This document shows, piece by piece, positions 29,888 to 39,722 of a stretch of 64,000 nt of DNA; within the stretch, counting starts at the first letter, position 1; every line of letters begins with the position of its first letter. The position numbers were made by a program, and so were the translations under genes. This DNA comes from an uncultured Erysipelotrichaceae bacterium (GTDB lineage: Bacteria > Bacillota_I > Bacilli_A > RF39 > UBA660). The notes beneath the pieces are model-generated. The model searched no databases. It had not been told where the DNA came from and worked only from the letters and a program-made list of their open reading frames with translations. The stretch is taken from contig CADANC010000002.1 in the NCBI GenBank assembly GCA_902789225.1, forward strand, positions 103,167-167,166, in the 5' to 3' direction.

Positions 29888-30510
29888 ACTTTTTTCCTCC
29901 TTGTTTTTTTATTTCTTTTAAACAAAACAACAATTAAACTTATTAATACTATTATTAATACTATAGAGGTAATTATATCCTTATTAAAATATTTTTTATT
30001 ATAATCAATTACAAAACTAATATTAATATTATCTTTATTATTATCATTTATATCCCATATGTTTTTATTACCATTTACTATATGTGCAGAACTATTATAA
30101 ATCTTATACTTACTATCAACGATTACTCTTAGATTATCGCCTTGTAAACATTTAAATCCTGTAAGGCTAATAGTTTCAATACTACCATTAATATCATGGT
30201 CAATCTTATTAAAACAACTATTCATATTTAGTGAATTAAAGTAATCTTCATGATTAAATTTATGACTATAAGTAACTAAATAATTATCTACATTATCTAT
30301 TACTTCTATATCATAAAATGTACTATTATCATCAAATACACTCTTATTCGAAGCAATAGTCTCATAATTATTTTCGTACTCACTTCTAGACATAGTAATA
30401 GTTAATTTTTCTTCAATAGATTCTATATCAAAATTTAAATCATAGTTTGAACTACAGCCTGTAACAAGAAGTGCAACAAAGGCTATTAATAAACATTTGA
30501 TTTTTTTCAT
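29884..30510 (-). CDS. Lipoprotein with C-terminal TM anchor
   Basis: Lipobox LVTGC; C-terminal hydrophobic helix and basic tail. Confidence 0.75.
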   Translation of the reverse strand: MKKIKCLLIAFVALLVTGCSSNYDLNFDIESIEEKLTITMSRSEYENNYETIASNKSVFDDNSTFYDIEVIDNVDNYLVTYSHKFNHEDYFNSLNMNSCFNKIDHDINGSIETISLTGFKCLQGDNLRVIVDSKYKIYNSSAHIVNGNKNIWDINDNNKDNINISFVIDYNKKYFNKDIITSIVLIIVLISLIVVLFKRNKKTRRKKV

Positions 30511-30526
30511 ATTCTTTTCCTTTCTA

Positions 30527-31309
30527 TTATTCTATTATTAAATTTCTCATTTTTTCTTTCTTTTCTTTTATTACACATAAGTAATATGTATATAGATGTG
30601 AATATATCTCATCATATGGGTAATTAGTTTGAAATGGCTTTGGTGTCATAATATAATGTAATATTTTTTTATCTAAGTTTTTATTATCATATTCTTTTAT
30701 TGGATGCTTTCTTATATTCCAATTTTCTGTATTATTATTTTTAACCCAATTCGCTAATAAACGCATTAAATTATATTCCTGTGGAATAGTATTGATCGTT
30801 TTGAAATATTCATTTATTATGTCTTGATCTCCAAGTTGTATTTGATTTTTTATTTTTTCTTTCATTAATTCCATTAGATTATCATAATCATCTTTATTAG
30901 GTTCAATTACCATTACTCCTGAGTTATATAAATAACTAAAAGGATAATCCTTTGCCATTGCGATACTATCATAATCAAATAAATTATCAATGTTTTCTAA
31001 TATTAGTAAATCTAAGTCTAGATATACTATTTTCTCATATTCCGTTAAGTTAAATATAGATAATTTATTAAATGTGTTTTTATAATATGGTTGTAAATGG
31101 CCTTCATAATCTACGTCATAGTTAATTTTTTTTGTTTCTTTGTATTCTATTTTAAAGTAATCCAACATTTTTCTTGTTTCTTCATCTATGCTTTCATTTA
31201 TTAAACATAATAATTCATATTGTGAATTAATATGTTTTAGATTTTCATTTAATACTAGACACCCATCTAAATAATCATTTGTTGCTAAAACACATACATA
31301 CTTTCTCAT
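30527..31309 (-). CDS. Glycosyltransferase family 8
   Basis: KIVYLDLD, YNSGVMV, GDQDIIN and ILHY...KP motifs. Confidence 0.9.
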   Translation of the reverse strand: MRKYVCVLATNDYLDGCLVLNENLKHINSQYELLCLINESIDEETRKMLDYFKIEYKETKKINYDVDYEGHLQPYYKNTFNKLSIFNLTEYEKIVYLDLDLLILENIDNLFDYDSIAMAKDYPFSYLYNSGVMVIEPNKDDYDNLMELMKEKIKNQIQLGDQDIINEYFKTINTIPQEYNLMRLLANWVKNNNTENWNIRKHPIKEYDNKNLDKKILHYIMTPKPFQTNYPYDEIYSHLYTYYLCVIKEKKEKMRNLIIE

Positions 31310-31410
31310 ATACTACTCCATTATTATTCTATTTATAGTATATAAAAAAAAAACAAGTATTACAATTGTTATTAAGACATAAAAAAAAGAATTGTAATCA
31401 ATTCTTTTTT

Positions 31411-32088
31411 TTAATTATAGTTACCTGTTGCACTTAAAGCTTCATTTAAATCGATAACAGTTCCATCTACTTGTCTTGCTAATATTGTATGGTATCCATC
31501 TGCTTCTGCTGGGATTAGACTAATTATATCTTTTATTCCATCTAGTTTACCATAAGAATTAGCTTTTTTAGCATTATCTTGTTGACCCCAATTATCATTA
31601 ATGTCTTTTAATAGTGGGATATATTCAACTGTACCATCTTCCATTAGATATAATACTGATAAATTAGATGCATCTTGTCCAGGACCATCTATTAATACTT
31701 GAGTAATTTTTTTATCAAATTTCTTTGTATCAATTGATTCATAAACACTTGTATCTGCTCCTGAAACCCATCCTAGACTAAATGTGCTTGATACTGTTGC
31801 TGCGTTGTATGAAATAGTAGCATTTTTTCTTGTTTTATCTACTAAAACGCTAACTCCTCCAGCTCTATTACCTAATCCATATTCATTTGTGTTTAAGTCA
31901 TAGCTTATATCAGTACATTTAGTTGTTTTGTCATTTGTTCCTTTCTTTTCATTTTTTACTATTGTTGAATCACTAGAGAATATTTTATCTTTGTTTATAA
32001 AGATAAATGCTCCCATTCCAACACATGCTAATAATAGAATAACAACAAGTACAATTAGTCCACCATTACCTTTTTTCTTTTCTTCCAT
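31411..32088 (-). CDS. Membrane-anchored hypothetical protein
   Basis: Basic N-terminus plus a single TM helix. Confidence 0.75.
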   Translation of the reverse strand: MEEKKKGNGGLIVLVVILLLACVGMGAFIFINKDKIFSSDSTIVKNEKKGTNDKTTKCTDISYDLNTNEYGLGNRAGGVSVLVDKTRKNATISYNAATVSSTFSLGWVSGADTSVYESIDTKKFDKKITQVLIDGPGQDASNLSVLYLMEDGTVEYIPLLKDINDNWGQQDNAKKANSYGKLDGIKDIISLIPAEADGYHTILARQVDGTVIDLNEALSATGNYN

Positions 32089-32265
32089 AAGTTTCTCCTC
32101 TCTTATAATATAATAATATCACAATTTTAATTTATTGATTAAAAAAAAAGACCCAATTGATCTTTTTTAAGCTTAATTATGATTTTTAACAAACATACTA
32201 TTTATAGATAGTTATAGTTTCTGCAGTTTTTAAATTTACTGGTAATGTATCATTATATTTTTCTT

Positions 32266-33117
32266 TTATTCACCTTTATATTCTAATACAAAATCATCAA
32301 CAGAAAATTTCACTTTATTGTTTCCTACTATTTCAATAGTATTATTACCTACTTTTATAGAATTATTTTCAATTGTATATGAATAATCTTCTTCTTCACC
32401 CATCGGACCATACATTGTAATAGTATTATTTGCATTGATTTTAATCTTTTTTTCTGAAGTATATTCACTACTTCCATTTTGTGATGTTTTATATTTTCCA
32501 GAATATGTTCCATATTTTATATTATAATTATTAATCTTAATTCCATCTTCTGTTTTTGTATCTTCTCCTGAATCATTAGTTTTTTCATTGGTGTTGTTTG
32601 TAAAGTTTACTTCAGGTATTTCATCATCTGCATAACTACCTGCAGTTGTTTCTGGATCTTTTTCAAAGAATATATAAGCATCAAAATCATAGCCATATAA
32701 TTTCATTTTCATAAATTTATGATTATTATATTCAATATATTCTAATTTTAGATTTTCTTCCCTTTCCTTTAAACTATTTTCATTTGCAACATTTTTATCT
32801 TTAATATTATTAAAAGTAATTATATTATCATCAATTTTATAATTGCCTGTTGTGTTATATGCTAAAGCAATTGTAAGAGAAAAAGTGTTATCTTCGTTTA
32901 ATATTAAGGCTCCTTCTCCGCTTCCTAAAGAATCACCAAATAAATCTCTTAGATTGGCATATCTAGTATCTTCTACTGCTACTTTTCTACTTAATGTCCA
33001 TGAACCTGTAACATCAATTTTCTTTTCTTCTTTTGCTTCTTCTGTTTTTTTACCACATCCTGTTAGTCCTATTAATAGTATCCCAATAAATATAATACTT
33101 AATACTACTTTTTTCAT
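32266..33117 (-). CDS. Lipoprotein
   Basis: Start reassigned to MKKVV (SD AAGGAG); lipobox LTGC. Confidence 0.8.
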   Translation of the reverse strand: MKKVVLSIIFIGILLIGLTGCGKKTEEAKEEKKIDVTGSWTLSRKVAVEDTRYANLRDLFGDSLGSGEGALILNEDNTFSLTIALAYNTTGNYKIDDNIITFNNIKDKNVANENSLKEREENLKLEYIEYNNHKFMKMKLYGYDFDAYIFFEKDPETTAGSYADDEIPEVNFTNNTNEKTNDSGEDTKTEDGIKINNYNIKYGTYSGKYKTSQNGSSEYTSEKKIKINANNTITMYGPMGEEEDYSYTIENNSIKVGNNTIEIVGNNKVKFSVDDFVLEYKGE

Positions 33118-33294
33118 ATAATTTTCTCTCCTTACATTAATCAATTTACTAAAAAATCTATGTAGTAGACTACATAGATTATAACATAATTTTCTAACTA
33201 TAATAATTTTATTAAAAAACAATTAATTGTTAATATTAAATCTTATTCTATCTAAATAATTGAATAAATCTTCTATTTCTTTTTTTTGTAATTT

Positions 33295-34218
33295 TTATAT
33301 CGTTCCTTTGTATTTGTACAGTTTTTTTACTATTGGGGAATAATCTACTTTAGATAAGTCTTTATTCTTTTTTTCTGCAATATATTTAGTTAAATACATA
33401 CTTTGTATAAGCATTTGGTAATCATCTAATATTTGATCTTCATATTTTGAATCAATAGTTATTATCCTTCTATAATACTGTTTTAATTCTTCTAACATTA
33501 GTTCATCAAATTCTGTATTTCTATTATAATAGATAGCTATTCCATTGTAATTTATACCTAGTGTACTTCTTCCATGACAATATGCATATTTATCATGAAC
33601 TATAGGTATTCCTATTCCTGATTCAACCATTGTTGATTCTAAGTATTTTGATGCTGTGCTTGTATCATAGCCACTAAATATTTCATAGACGTCGCTTTCT
33701 AAGTCAAAATTGAATGGTGATTCTTCTATACAATCTAATATTAGACTATCTTGTCCATTCAAATAATAATCCATTAGTATACTTACTGGAATAATTGTTG
33801 CTCCTAAAGAAATGAAACTTCTTTCTTTATCAATATTAGTATCATATTTTAAGTAAGTTACGTCTTCTTCATCAAATGAATTATTTGATAATAGATACTT
33901 CCTTAAACCTCTTAAAAATGATAATTCTACACCATAGTTATTTCCACTATAGCTACACGCTACTACATTTTTAAATGCGTTGTTATTTCGATATATAAAA
34001 TCTCTTGGTTCACTATTTACTGAAACTATAGCATTCTTTGCATTAATAACTTTAGCACCAAATTCACTTACTACACTTGAGCCACCAACTCCACTAAATA
34101 ATGTAGGCTCTTCTAATTTAGATAATTCATTTCTAATGAATTCTAAATCTGTACTATTTAATGAATCTACCACCCTTTCTTTTAAAAATTCAAAATTTGT
34201 TTTCATGCTTTTTTCCAT
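33295..34218 (-). CDS. SIS-domain sugar-phosphate isomerase-like protein
   Basis: FSGVGGS, SYSGNN and HG motifs of double-SIS proteins. Confidence 0.7.
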   Translation of the reverse strand: MEKSMKTNFEFLKERVVDSLNSTDLEFIRNELSKLEEPTLFSGVGGSSVVSEFGAKVINAKNAIVSVNSEPRDFIYRNNNAFKNVVACSYSGNNYGVELSFLRGLRKYLLSNNSFDEEDVTYLKYDTNIDKERSFISLGATIIPVSILMDYYLNGQDSLILDCIEESPFNFDLESDVYEIFSGYDTSTASKYLESTMVESGIGIPIVHDKYAYCHGRSTLGINYNGIAIYYNRNTEFDELMLEELKQYYRRIITIDSKYEDQILDDYQMLIQSMYLTKYIAEKKNKDLSKVDYSPIVKKLYKYKGTI

Positions 34219-34269
34219 AAAAAATCTCCTTTCAAGTTCAATATAACTTAAAAGGAGGCAATATTTCGT

Positions 34270-34872
34270 CTACTCATATTTTTCATCTAATAATTCATAT
34301 TTTATTATTCTTTTTAATTCAAAATGTCTAATATCTTGTTTTTTCTCACAAAAGGCTGCACAATACCAACCATCTTGAAATAAAAACATTTCTGCAGGAT
34401 CAATGACTCTTTCATTTTCTCCTTTACCATAAGAATAATACAATATTTTAACTTTTCTTTTTTCTTTTATTGCTCTAGTTAACAGATTGTATTTTTTTCC
34501 TATTTCATCTTTTAGATTTAATTCTTTTTCTTCTTGCTTACTTCCTATATATACACCTTTAATTTTATCTTGAAGTAATATAAGTTCATCCTTTATTTCT
34601 TTATCTTTCTCATTAGTAATATATTTATCTAACAATTTAGCATCTTTCATTTTAAATTTTCTTACTGGTATACGAACTGATTGATTTAATACATATCCTC
34701 CGTATGGACCCATTATTGTATCAATATAGATACCTGCTTTTTCTAAATCTTCTTTATATACTCTAATCATTCTTTCTGAAACTTCAAGCTCATTTGATAA
34801 TTCACTTATACTATATTTTCTTCCTGATTGTAAAAGCTGTATCATTGTTAACATGTTAGATATTTTAGACAT
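34270..34872 (-). CDS. HTH-WYL transcriptional regulator (short, no WCX domain)
   Basis: ELSNELEVSERMIR...GPYGGY HTH; RVIDP...GWYCAAFC...RHFELKRI WYL domain. Confidence 0.9.
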   Translation of the reverse strand: MSKISNMLTMIQLLQSGRKYSISELSNELEVSERMIRVYKEDLEKAGIYIDTIMGPYGGYVLNQSVRIPVRKFKMKDAKLLDKYITNEKDKEIKDELILLQDKIKGVYIGSKQEEKELNLKDEIGKKYNLLTRAIKEKRKVKILYYSYGKGENERVIDPAEMFLFQDGWYCAAFCEKKQDIRHFELKRIIKYELLDEKYE

Positions 34873-35016
34873 AGAACCACCTACATCAATTATATCATTA
34901 TTATCATTCTATTCATTTTTTCTTTTTATATATATTATTTCTAAAAGTTCTTATTTTTGGTTATTTTTCATGCTATTTGTTTATACTTCTTGCCTGAGTC
35001 AAAAGTATCTAATATT

Positions 35017-35760
35017 TTATTTTAATAACTTTTCAAAAGCATTTGCATTTAGTATTGTATTAGAAACAAACTCTCCTTTATAGAAGTTAGCCCAATTATT
35101 TATAATACATGGAGCATTTTTAGCTTTCTCTAAAGAATCTATTTTTATAAAATATAATTTAATACCTTTATCTTTTGCATAATCAGATAATTCTTTAACT
35201 TCATATTCTACATAAGGGCATTCATTAGAATAATAGATTGTAAAATCTTTATTTTCTATTTTCATCGCTCTAGCATTATCATTAAATCTTGGTGTTTCTT
35301 TATCATCAAAAGAAAGTGCCATTAATTCATAATCATTAATAGTATCTACTACTTTAAATCCAAAATGTTCGAAAAATTTCTTATCACCAATGAATGGTTT
35401 TTTCTTTTGTGTAACTATTGTACAAATTCCACTCATTTTTTTCTTTTTAGCATCTTCTATAGCATATTCTAATAATTCTTTGCCAATACCTTTTCCTTTA
35501 AAACTACCTGCTACCCATAAACAATAAATATACATATAGTTTTTACCATTAATAGGTGCCCAAGCAGTTTCTATTGGTTCATATTCAATAAAGATTTTTC
35601 CTCTAGCGTTTAGTTTTCTAAATATATGTCCGTCTTTTAATTTACTTTTAATCCATTCTTTCTTTTTATCTACACCCTCTTGATGTTTAGGATCTCCTAT
35701 AGCACAACAAATATGTTCTTCATCAATATTTTTTTCATCTAAATTAATATATTCATTCAT
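35017..35760 (-). CDS. YoaP-like GNAT acetyltransferase
   Basis: EEHICCAI, IYCLWVAGSFKGKG, CPY and NAPC..NNWA.FY.G.F (YoaP domain). Confidence 0.88.
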   Translation of the reverse strand: MNEYINLDEKNIDEEHICCAIGDPKHQEGVDKKKEWIKSKLKDGHIFRKLNARGKIFIEYEPIETAWAPINGKNYMYIYCLWVAGSFKGKGIGKELLEYAIEDAKKKKMSGICTIVTQKKKPFIGDKKFFEHFGFKVVDTINDYELMALSFDDKETPRFNDNARAMKIENKDFTIYYSNECPYVEYEVKELSDYAKDKGIKLYFIKIDSLEKAKNAPCIINNWANFYKGEFVSNTILNANAFEKLLK

Positions 35761-35836
35761 CTCTCTCACCTTCATTTTTATTATATAACAAAAAACATTA
35801 GTTTAATACTCTATTATTGCAATTATAAAGCAAATT

Positions 35837-35862
35837 AAAAAGCCCTTATTTTATGGGCTTTT
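35837..35862 (-). terminator. Terminator following the displaced secA 3' copy
   Basis: aaaagccc-N9-gggctttt just after the duplicated ...CHGK* stop. Confidence 0.7.
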
Positions 35863-35864
35863 AA

Positions 35865-35908
35865 TTATTTACCATGACATTGTTTGTACTTTTTCCCGCT
35901 GCCACATG
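35865..35908 (-). repeat. Displaced copy of the secA 3' end (att-like site) encoding CGSGKKYKQCHGK*
   Basis: 35868-35908 matches secA 40409-40449 at 35/41 nt; all differences are synonymous. Confidence 0.9.
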
Positions 35909-36041
35909 CGGGCCAAATTAGTATATTATCCATACTTATAATATTATGAGTATTTCCTTTATTTTCAAGGGTTTGTGGACAGGTAACTTTTTGTATTTTA
36001 AGTACTATTTTTGTCATTTTTTATATAAAATATTCATCTAA

Positions 36042-36063
36042 TGTGCACAAATTGTGCACAAAT
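36042..36063 (+). repeat. Tandem 11-bp repeat tgtgcacaaat x2 (arm-type site candidate)
   Basis: Direct tandem repeat ~135 bp inside the left island end. Confidence 0.7.
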
Positions 36064-36160
36064 TTCTAGCATATTCTATATTTTCTTTGTCACTGTTATT
36101 ATACATAATATAAGGATATTAATCAATTAATCTTTATCGTAATATCTTAATCTGATCGTT

Positions 36161-36676
36161 TTATTTTTCTCTTTTTATAAATAATATTATTAATATAGCT
36201 GTAATTACAATAATCAATAATGGTGCTATTCTAAAAAATGTCCACTCAAATGAATGCCATAATGTTCCAATAACAGACCATTCAGGATTACCATAATCCC
36301 ATGTTAAATAGGGACTACCTAATAATGCTAATAAAACGAAGAAAAATATTAAACATATGTCTATTATTAGTAATACTATAATTTTTGTTTTTCTTTTTTG
36401 TTTTTGACTAATCGATAATTGTTCATTAATTACTTCCAATTTTTCAGATATTACTTTTAAATCATTTGTTTCTTTTTCCTCTATACTTTCTCCAAGAATT
36501 TCACTAACTGGCGTTTCAAAAAGTTCTGATATTTTTATTAGCATTTCAGCATCTGGAACAGATAATCCTGTTTCCCATTTTGAAATTGTTTGTCTTACAA
36601 CATTTAACTTAATACTTAATTCTTCTTGTGAAAGTCCCTTGTTTTTTCTTAATGTTTTTAGATTATCTTTTAACAT
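36161..36676 (-). CDS. XRE-family HTH regulator with C-terminal TM helices
   Basis: LSQEELS..LNVVRQTISKWETGLSVPD; two hydrophobic C-terminal segments. Confidence 0.88.
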   Translation of the reverse strand: MLKDNLKTLRKNKGLSQEELSIKLNVVRQTISKWETGLSVPDAEMLIKISELFETPVSEILGESIEEKETNDLKVISEKLEVINEQLSISQKQKRKTKIIVLLIIDICLIFFFVLLALLGSPYLTWDYGNPEWSVIGTLWHSFEWTFFRIAPLLIIVITAILIILFIKREK

Positions 36677-36861
36677 ATTACAATTTCTCCTTTCATCAAG
36701 TTAAGTTTATTACAAATATGCCGTTGCTACAAGCAATGTATTTTAACATTTGATTTTGCAATTAATTGAACTATTTCATAACTATTTTACCATACAAAAA
36801 GGAACTTTCGTTCCTAATATCTTAATCTTGCGAACTAAACGATAAATTGTAATTTATCTTT

Positions 36862-37755
36862 CTACTTGTTTTTTGATGATTGTCTAATTTTTTCGTGGTA
36901 AAAATAGTTTATTATAATAGGTTTTCCAGTAGGGTTTTTCAAAAATGGTTCTTCATCTATAACATACATAAATCCATTTTTATCTGCATATTCTTGTACC
37001 TTTTTATCTAATTCTTCCCAATAAAACATATCTTTTTTAATATAAATCTTATTATATAAATCGTTTAATTCAGGATATTTTTCATTTATATAATTTATTA
37101 TAGTAGGTTTAAATGTTCCTCTTAAATTCAAATTTTCAAGCCATATATAATCGCAAAAGTCCTTTATTTCTTCAATTATTGGAAATACATCAGTAATGCC
37201 AGGAAATATTGGAGATATAAAGCAAGTTGTTCTTATTCCTGCCTCGTGTACTTGTTTCATTGCTTCAATTCTTGATTTTATTGTTGGTGCTGAATCCATA
37301 TCTTTCTTAAATTCTTCATCTAATGTATTTATTGACCAAGAAACTAAAGGATTAGGGTATGTTTTTATCAAATCAATATCTCTTGTAACTAAATTTGATT
37401 TAGTTGTTATAATTAAGTTAATTCCACTTCCTTGCATTTCTTCTAAAAATGCTCTTGTTCTTTTATATTTTGCTTCAAAATAGTTATATCCATCTGTTAC
37501 AGATCCAACTATCATTGTTTTGCCTTTATATTTTTCAGGATTTTTTATTTTATCCCACATTTTTACATCTAAAAACATTCCCCAATCTTCTGTATGTCCT
37601 GTAAACCTTTTCATAAATGTAGCATAGCAATATTCACAGCCAAAAGGGCAGCCAACATAAGGATTTATTGAGTAACCTGCAATAGGCAAATTTGATTTTG
37701 TTAAAACTGTATCTACTTTCTTTTCTTTAATTACAACTTTTTTTAAATCTATCAT
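36862..37755 (-). CDS. Radical SAM mobile pair protein B (SplB-like radical SAM)
   Basis: INPYVGCPFGCEYCYA CxxxCxxC, GSVTDGY and TKS motifs; coupled to protein A. Confidence 0.88.
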   Translation of the reverse strand: MIDLKKVVIKEKKVDTVLTKSNLPIAGYSINPYVGCPFGCEYCYATFMKRFTGHTEDWGMFLDVKMWDKIKNPEKYKGKTMIVGSVTDGYNYFEAKYKRTRAFLEEMQGSGINLIITTKSNLVTRDIDLIKTYPNPLVSWSINTLDEEFKKDMDSAPTIKSRIEAMKQVHEAGIRTTCFISPIFPGITDVFPIIEEIKDFCDYIWLENLNLRGTFKPTIINYINEKYPELNDLYNKIYIKKDMFYWEELDKKVQEYADKNGFMYVIDEEPFLKNPTGKPIIINYFYHEKIRQSSKNK

Positions 37756-38420
37756 TTTATTCCTCCAAACTCTTTAGGAAATTCTTGCACAAATTCATCT
37801 TCATCTAAAATACCTAATAAATCTTCTTTCATAAATACTGGTATATTTTTCTCTTTTGCTTGATTATAAATATTAAATACCCATTCTCTTTTTGATGATA
37901 TTTTGCCTTTTCTATTTCCTGTTTCAGTTCCTATTACAATCCAAGAAATATTAGTTAAATCTAATTTTCCTACATCATCAAACATTGGCTCAAAAGTAAT
38001 ATGATAATGTTTTGCTTTAATATTATTTCTTAAATAATCAATTCTTGTTTTTTCTTTTGAAGAAGTAACAGTTACACCAAACCAACCATTATCAGGAGTT
38101 TCTTTTAAGTTAATATTTTCAGGTCTTTTAGTTAAAAATATATATTGTGTATCTTTATTTTCTTTCATTTTAGAAAAAACTTTATCTTTCCATTCTTCAT
38201 TCCAACCTGATAAATCACTTTGCCCAGTTAGTAAATAAGCAATATGCCTTTTATTGTCAAGCATTTTTAATTTATTTTCAAAAAATACTGGATTATTAAA
38301 ATTATCTATTGTATGGAATCTATTATTATTCATTCTTGCATAACAATAAGAACAGCCTATATTACAACCAATGACAATATTTATATTTTTTATATAATCT
38401 TTTATACATTTTACTGACAT
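37752..38420 (-). CDS. Radical SAM mobile pair protein A (DUF5131/Gp37Gp68-like)
   Basis: NIVIGCNIGCSYCYAR, FLTKRP, WFGVTVT, TFEP, WIVIGTETG and PVFMK motifs. Confidence 0.88.
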   Translation of the reverse strand: MSVKCIKDYIKNINIVIGCNIGCSYCYARMNNNRFHTIDNFNNPVFFENKLKMLDNKRHIAYLLTGQSDLSGWNEEWKDKVFSKMKENKDTQYIFLTKRPENINLKETPDNGWFGVTVTSSKEKTRIDYLRNNIKAKHYHITFEPMFDDVGKLDLTNISWIVIGTETGNRKGKISSKREWVFNIYNQAKEKNIPVFMKEDLLGILDEDEFVQEFPKEFGGIK

Positions 38421-38422
38421 TA

Positions 38423-38737
38423 TTATTCCTCCCTATATTTTAAGCCGAACTTTTCCATCTCTTTTAATATTTGTTTTAATTCTTGTCCTTTTTCTGTTAA
38501 AGAATACTCAACTTTTGGTGGAACAACTGCATATACTTTTCTATTTATAATTCCATCTTGTTCTAATTCTCTTAAATTCTTTGCTAGAACTTTATCAGAA
38601 ATTCCTACAACACTTTTCATAAGTTCACTATATCTTTTTTCTTTTTCTAATAGATCTCTAATTATCAAAACTTTCCACTTATCTGAAATAATGCTAACTG
38701 TATATTCAACAGGACATTTTGTATATAACTTTTTCAT
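38423..38737 (-). CDS. HxlR/DUF24 winged-helix regulator
   Basis: CPVE...KWKVLII..L...KRYSEL...PPKVEYSLT; start moved to the ATG after GGAGG. Confidence 0.9.
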   Translation of the reverse strand: MKKLYTKCPVEYTVSIISDKWKVLIIRDLLEKEKRYSELMKSVVGISDKVLAKNLRELEQDGIINRKVYAVVPPKVEYSLTEKGQELKQILKEMEKFGLKYREE

Positions 38738-38828
38738 TCTATATTCCTCCATATTCCTTTTAGAAAGTAACTAGCAAAAATAAAGTTATAAATTTAAAAT
38801 ATTAAGGTGGAATATTCCACCTAATGAT

Positions 38829-39617
38829 TTATGCAAATAGGCTATTTGCTGTCATTTCTAAATAATTTTCACATTTATAATCACTATATTTTTCTTTTAC
38901 ATTTTTGATAAATTCTTCTTTTGTGTTAGATTCATTAGCAATTTGTTTTACATTTTTTAAATAATCAATTTTAGTTTTTACATCTTCTAAATTCTCTGGT
39001 GTATGATGACTTGTTAAAATAAGTTCATATCCTTTTTCTAAATATCCTTCTAATTGATGAATAAATCCATCTATTGCTTCTTTGCTTGGTAAAATTGAAT
39101 GACATTCGTGTCCTAACATATGAGTATATACACTATTTATTTGTGGAAATACAATTTCAACATCTTCATCGTGATATGTTATTTCTAAATCAAATCCACC
39201 AATTTTTACTTTTGATTCTTCTAATATATCTGTAATTTCGTGAAATTCACTTGCAAAGCTACCATTAAAAGCAGTTTTAAACCCTTCTACAATATGGAAT
39301 ATTTCTCCTTCTTGCATTGATTTTATAGTTCCTCTTGAAGCGTAAGATTTAACATCTTTAAATTCATTTCCTCCACTTGGGTGATTTGAAAATACTTTTG
39401 CAATAACTTTTTTATTCAAACCTAAAATATAATTTTTAAATTCTTCCATATCTTCATAGAAAGAGGGAAATTCTAATAAAAAAACTTCACTATCATTTTC
39501 TAAAATAAAACATTCATCAGCCATTACATCGCTTGTTTGATATGCGTGTAATTTTATTTCTCCAAAGTCATAAACTTGAACAAAACTCTTTTTTAAATCA
39601 ATTCTTTTACTATCCAT
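38829..39617 (-). CDS. Metallo-beta-lactamase-fold-like hypothetical protein
   Basis: Degenerate S-x-H-P motif, YTHMLGH..HS and LTSHH.PE. Confidence 0.6.
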   Translation of the reverse strand: MDSKRIDLKKSFVQVYDFGEIKLHAYQTSDVMADECFILENDSEVFLLEFPSFYEDMEEFKNYILGLNKKVIAKVFSNHPSGGNEFKDVKSYASRGTIKSMQEGEIFHIVEGFKTAFNGSFASEFHEITDILEESKVKIGGFDLEITYHDEDVEIVFPQINSVYTHMLGHECHSILPSKEAIDGFIHQLEGYLEKGYELILTSHHTPENLEDVKTKIDYLKNVKQIANESNTKEEFIKNVKEKYSDYKCENYLEMTANSLFA

Positions 39618-39688
39618 TTTTAACCTCCATATATTTTATTTTTTTGAACAACCTTATTATATATCGGTTCTATTAAAAATGGAAGAAC

Positions 39689-39722
39689 GCACTTTTTTGT
39701 AAGATACTTTCTTAAAAGTAAG
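39689..39722. promoter_or_regulatory. Possible HxlR-family operator (gcac-N6-gtaag...)
   Basis: GCACTTTTTTGTAAG upstream of the operon containing the HxlR gene; resembles operators seen beside HxlR-family genes (recalled, not searched). Confidence 0.35.

Noticed and set aside
26808-35760. Accessory-looking gene run as a second mobile element or defence island
   Set aside because: No integrase, transposase, terminal repeats or recognisable defence genes; it lies outside the secA duplication.
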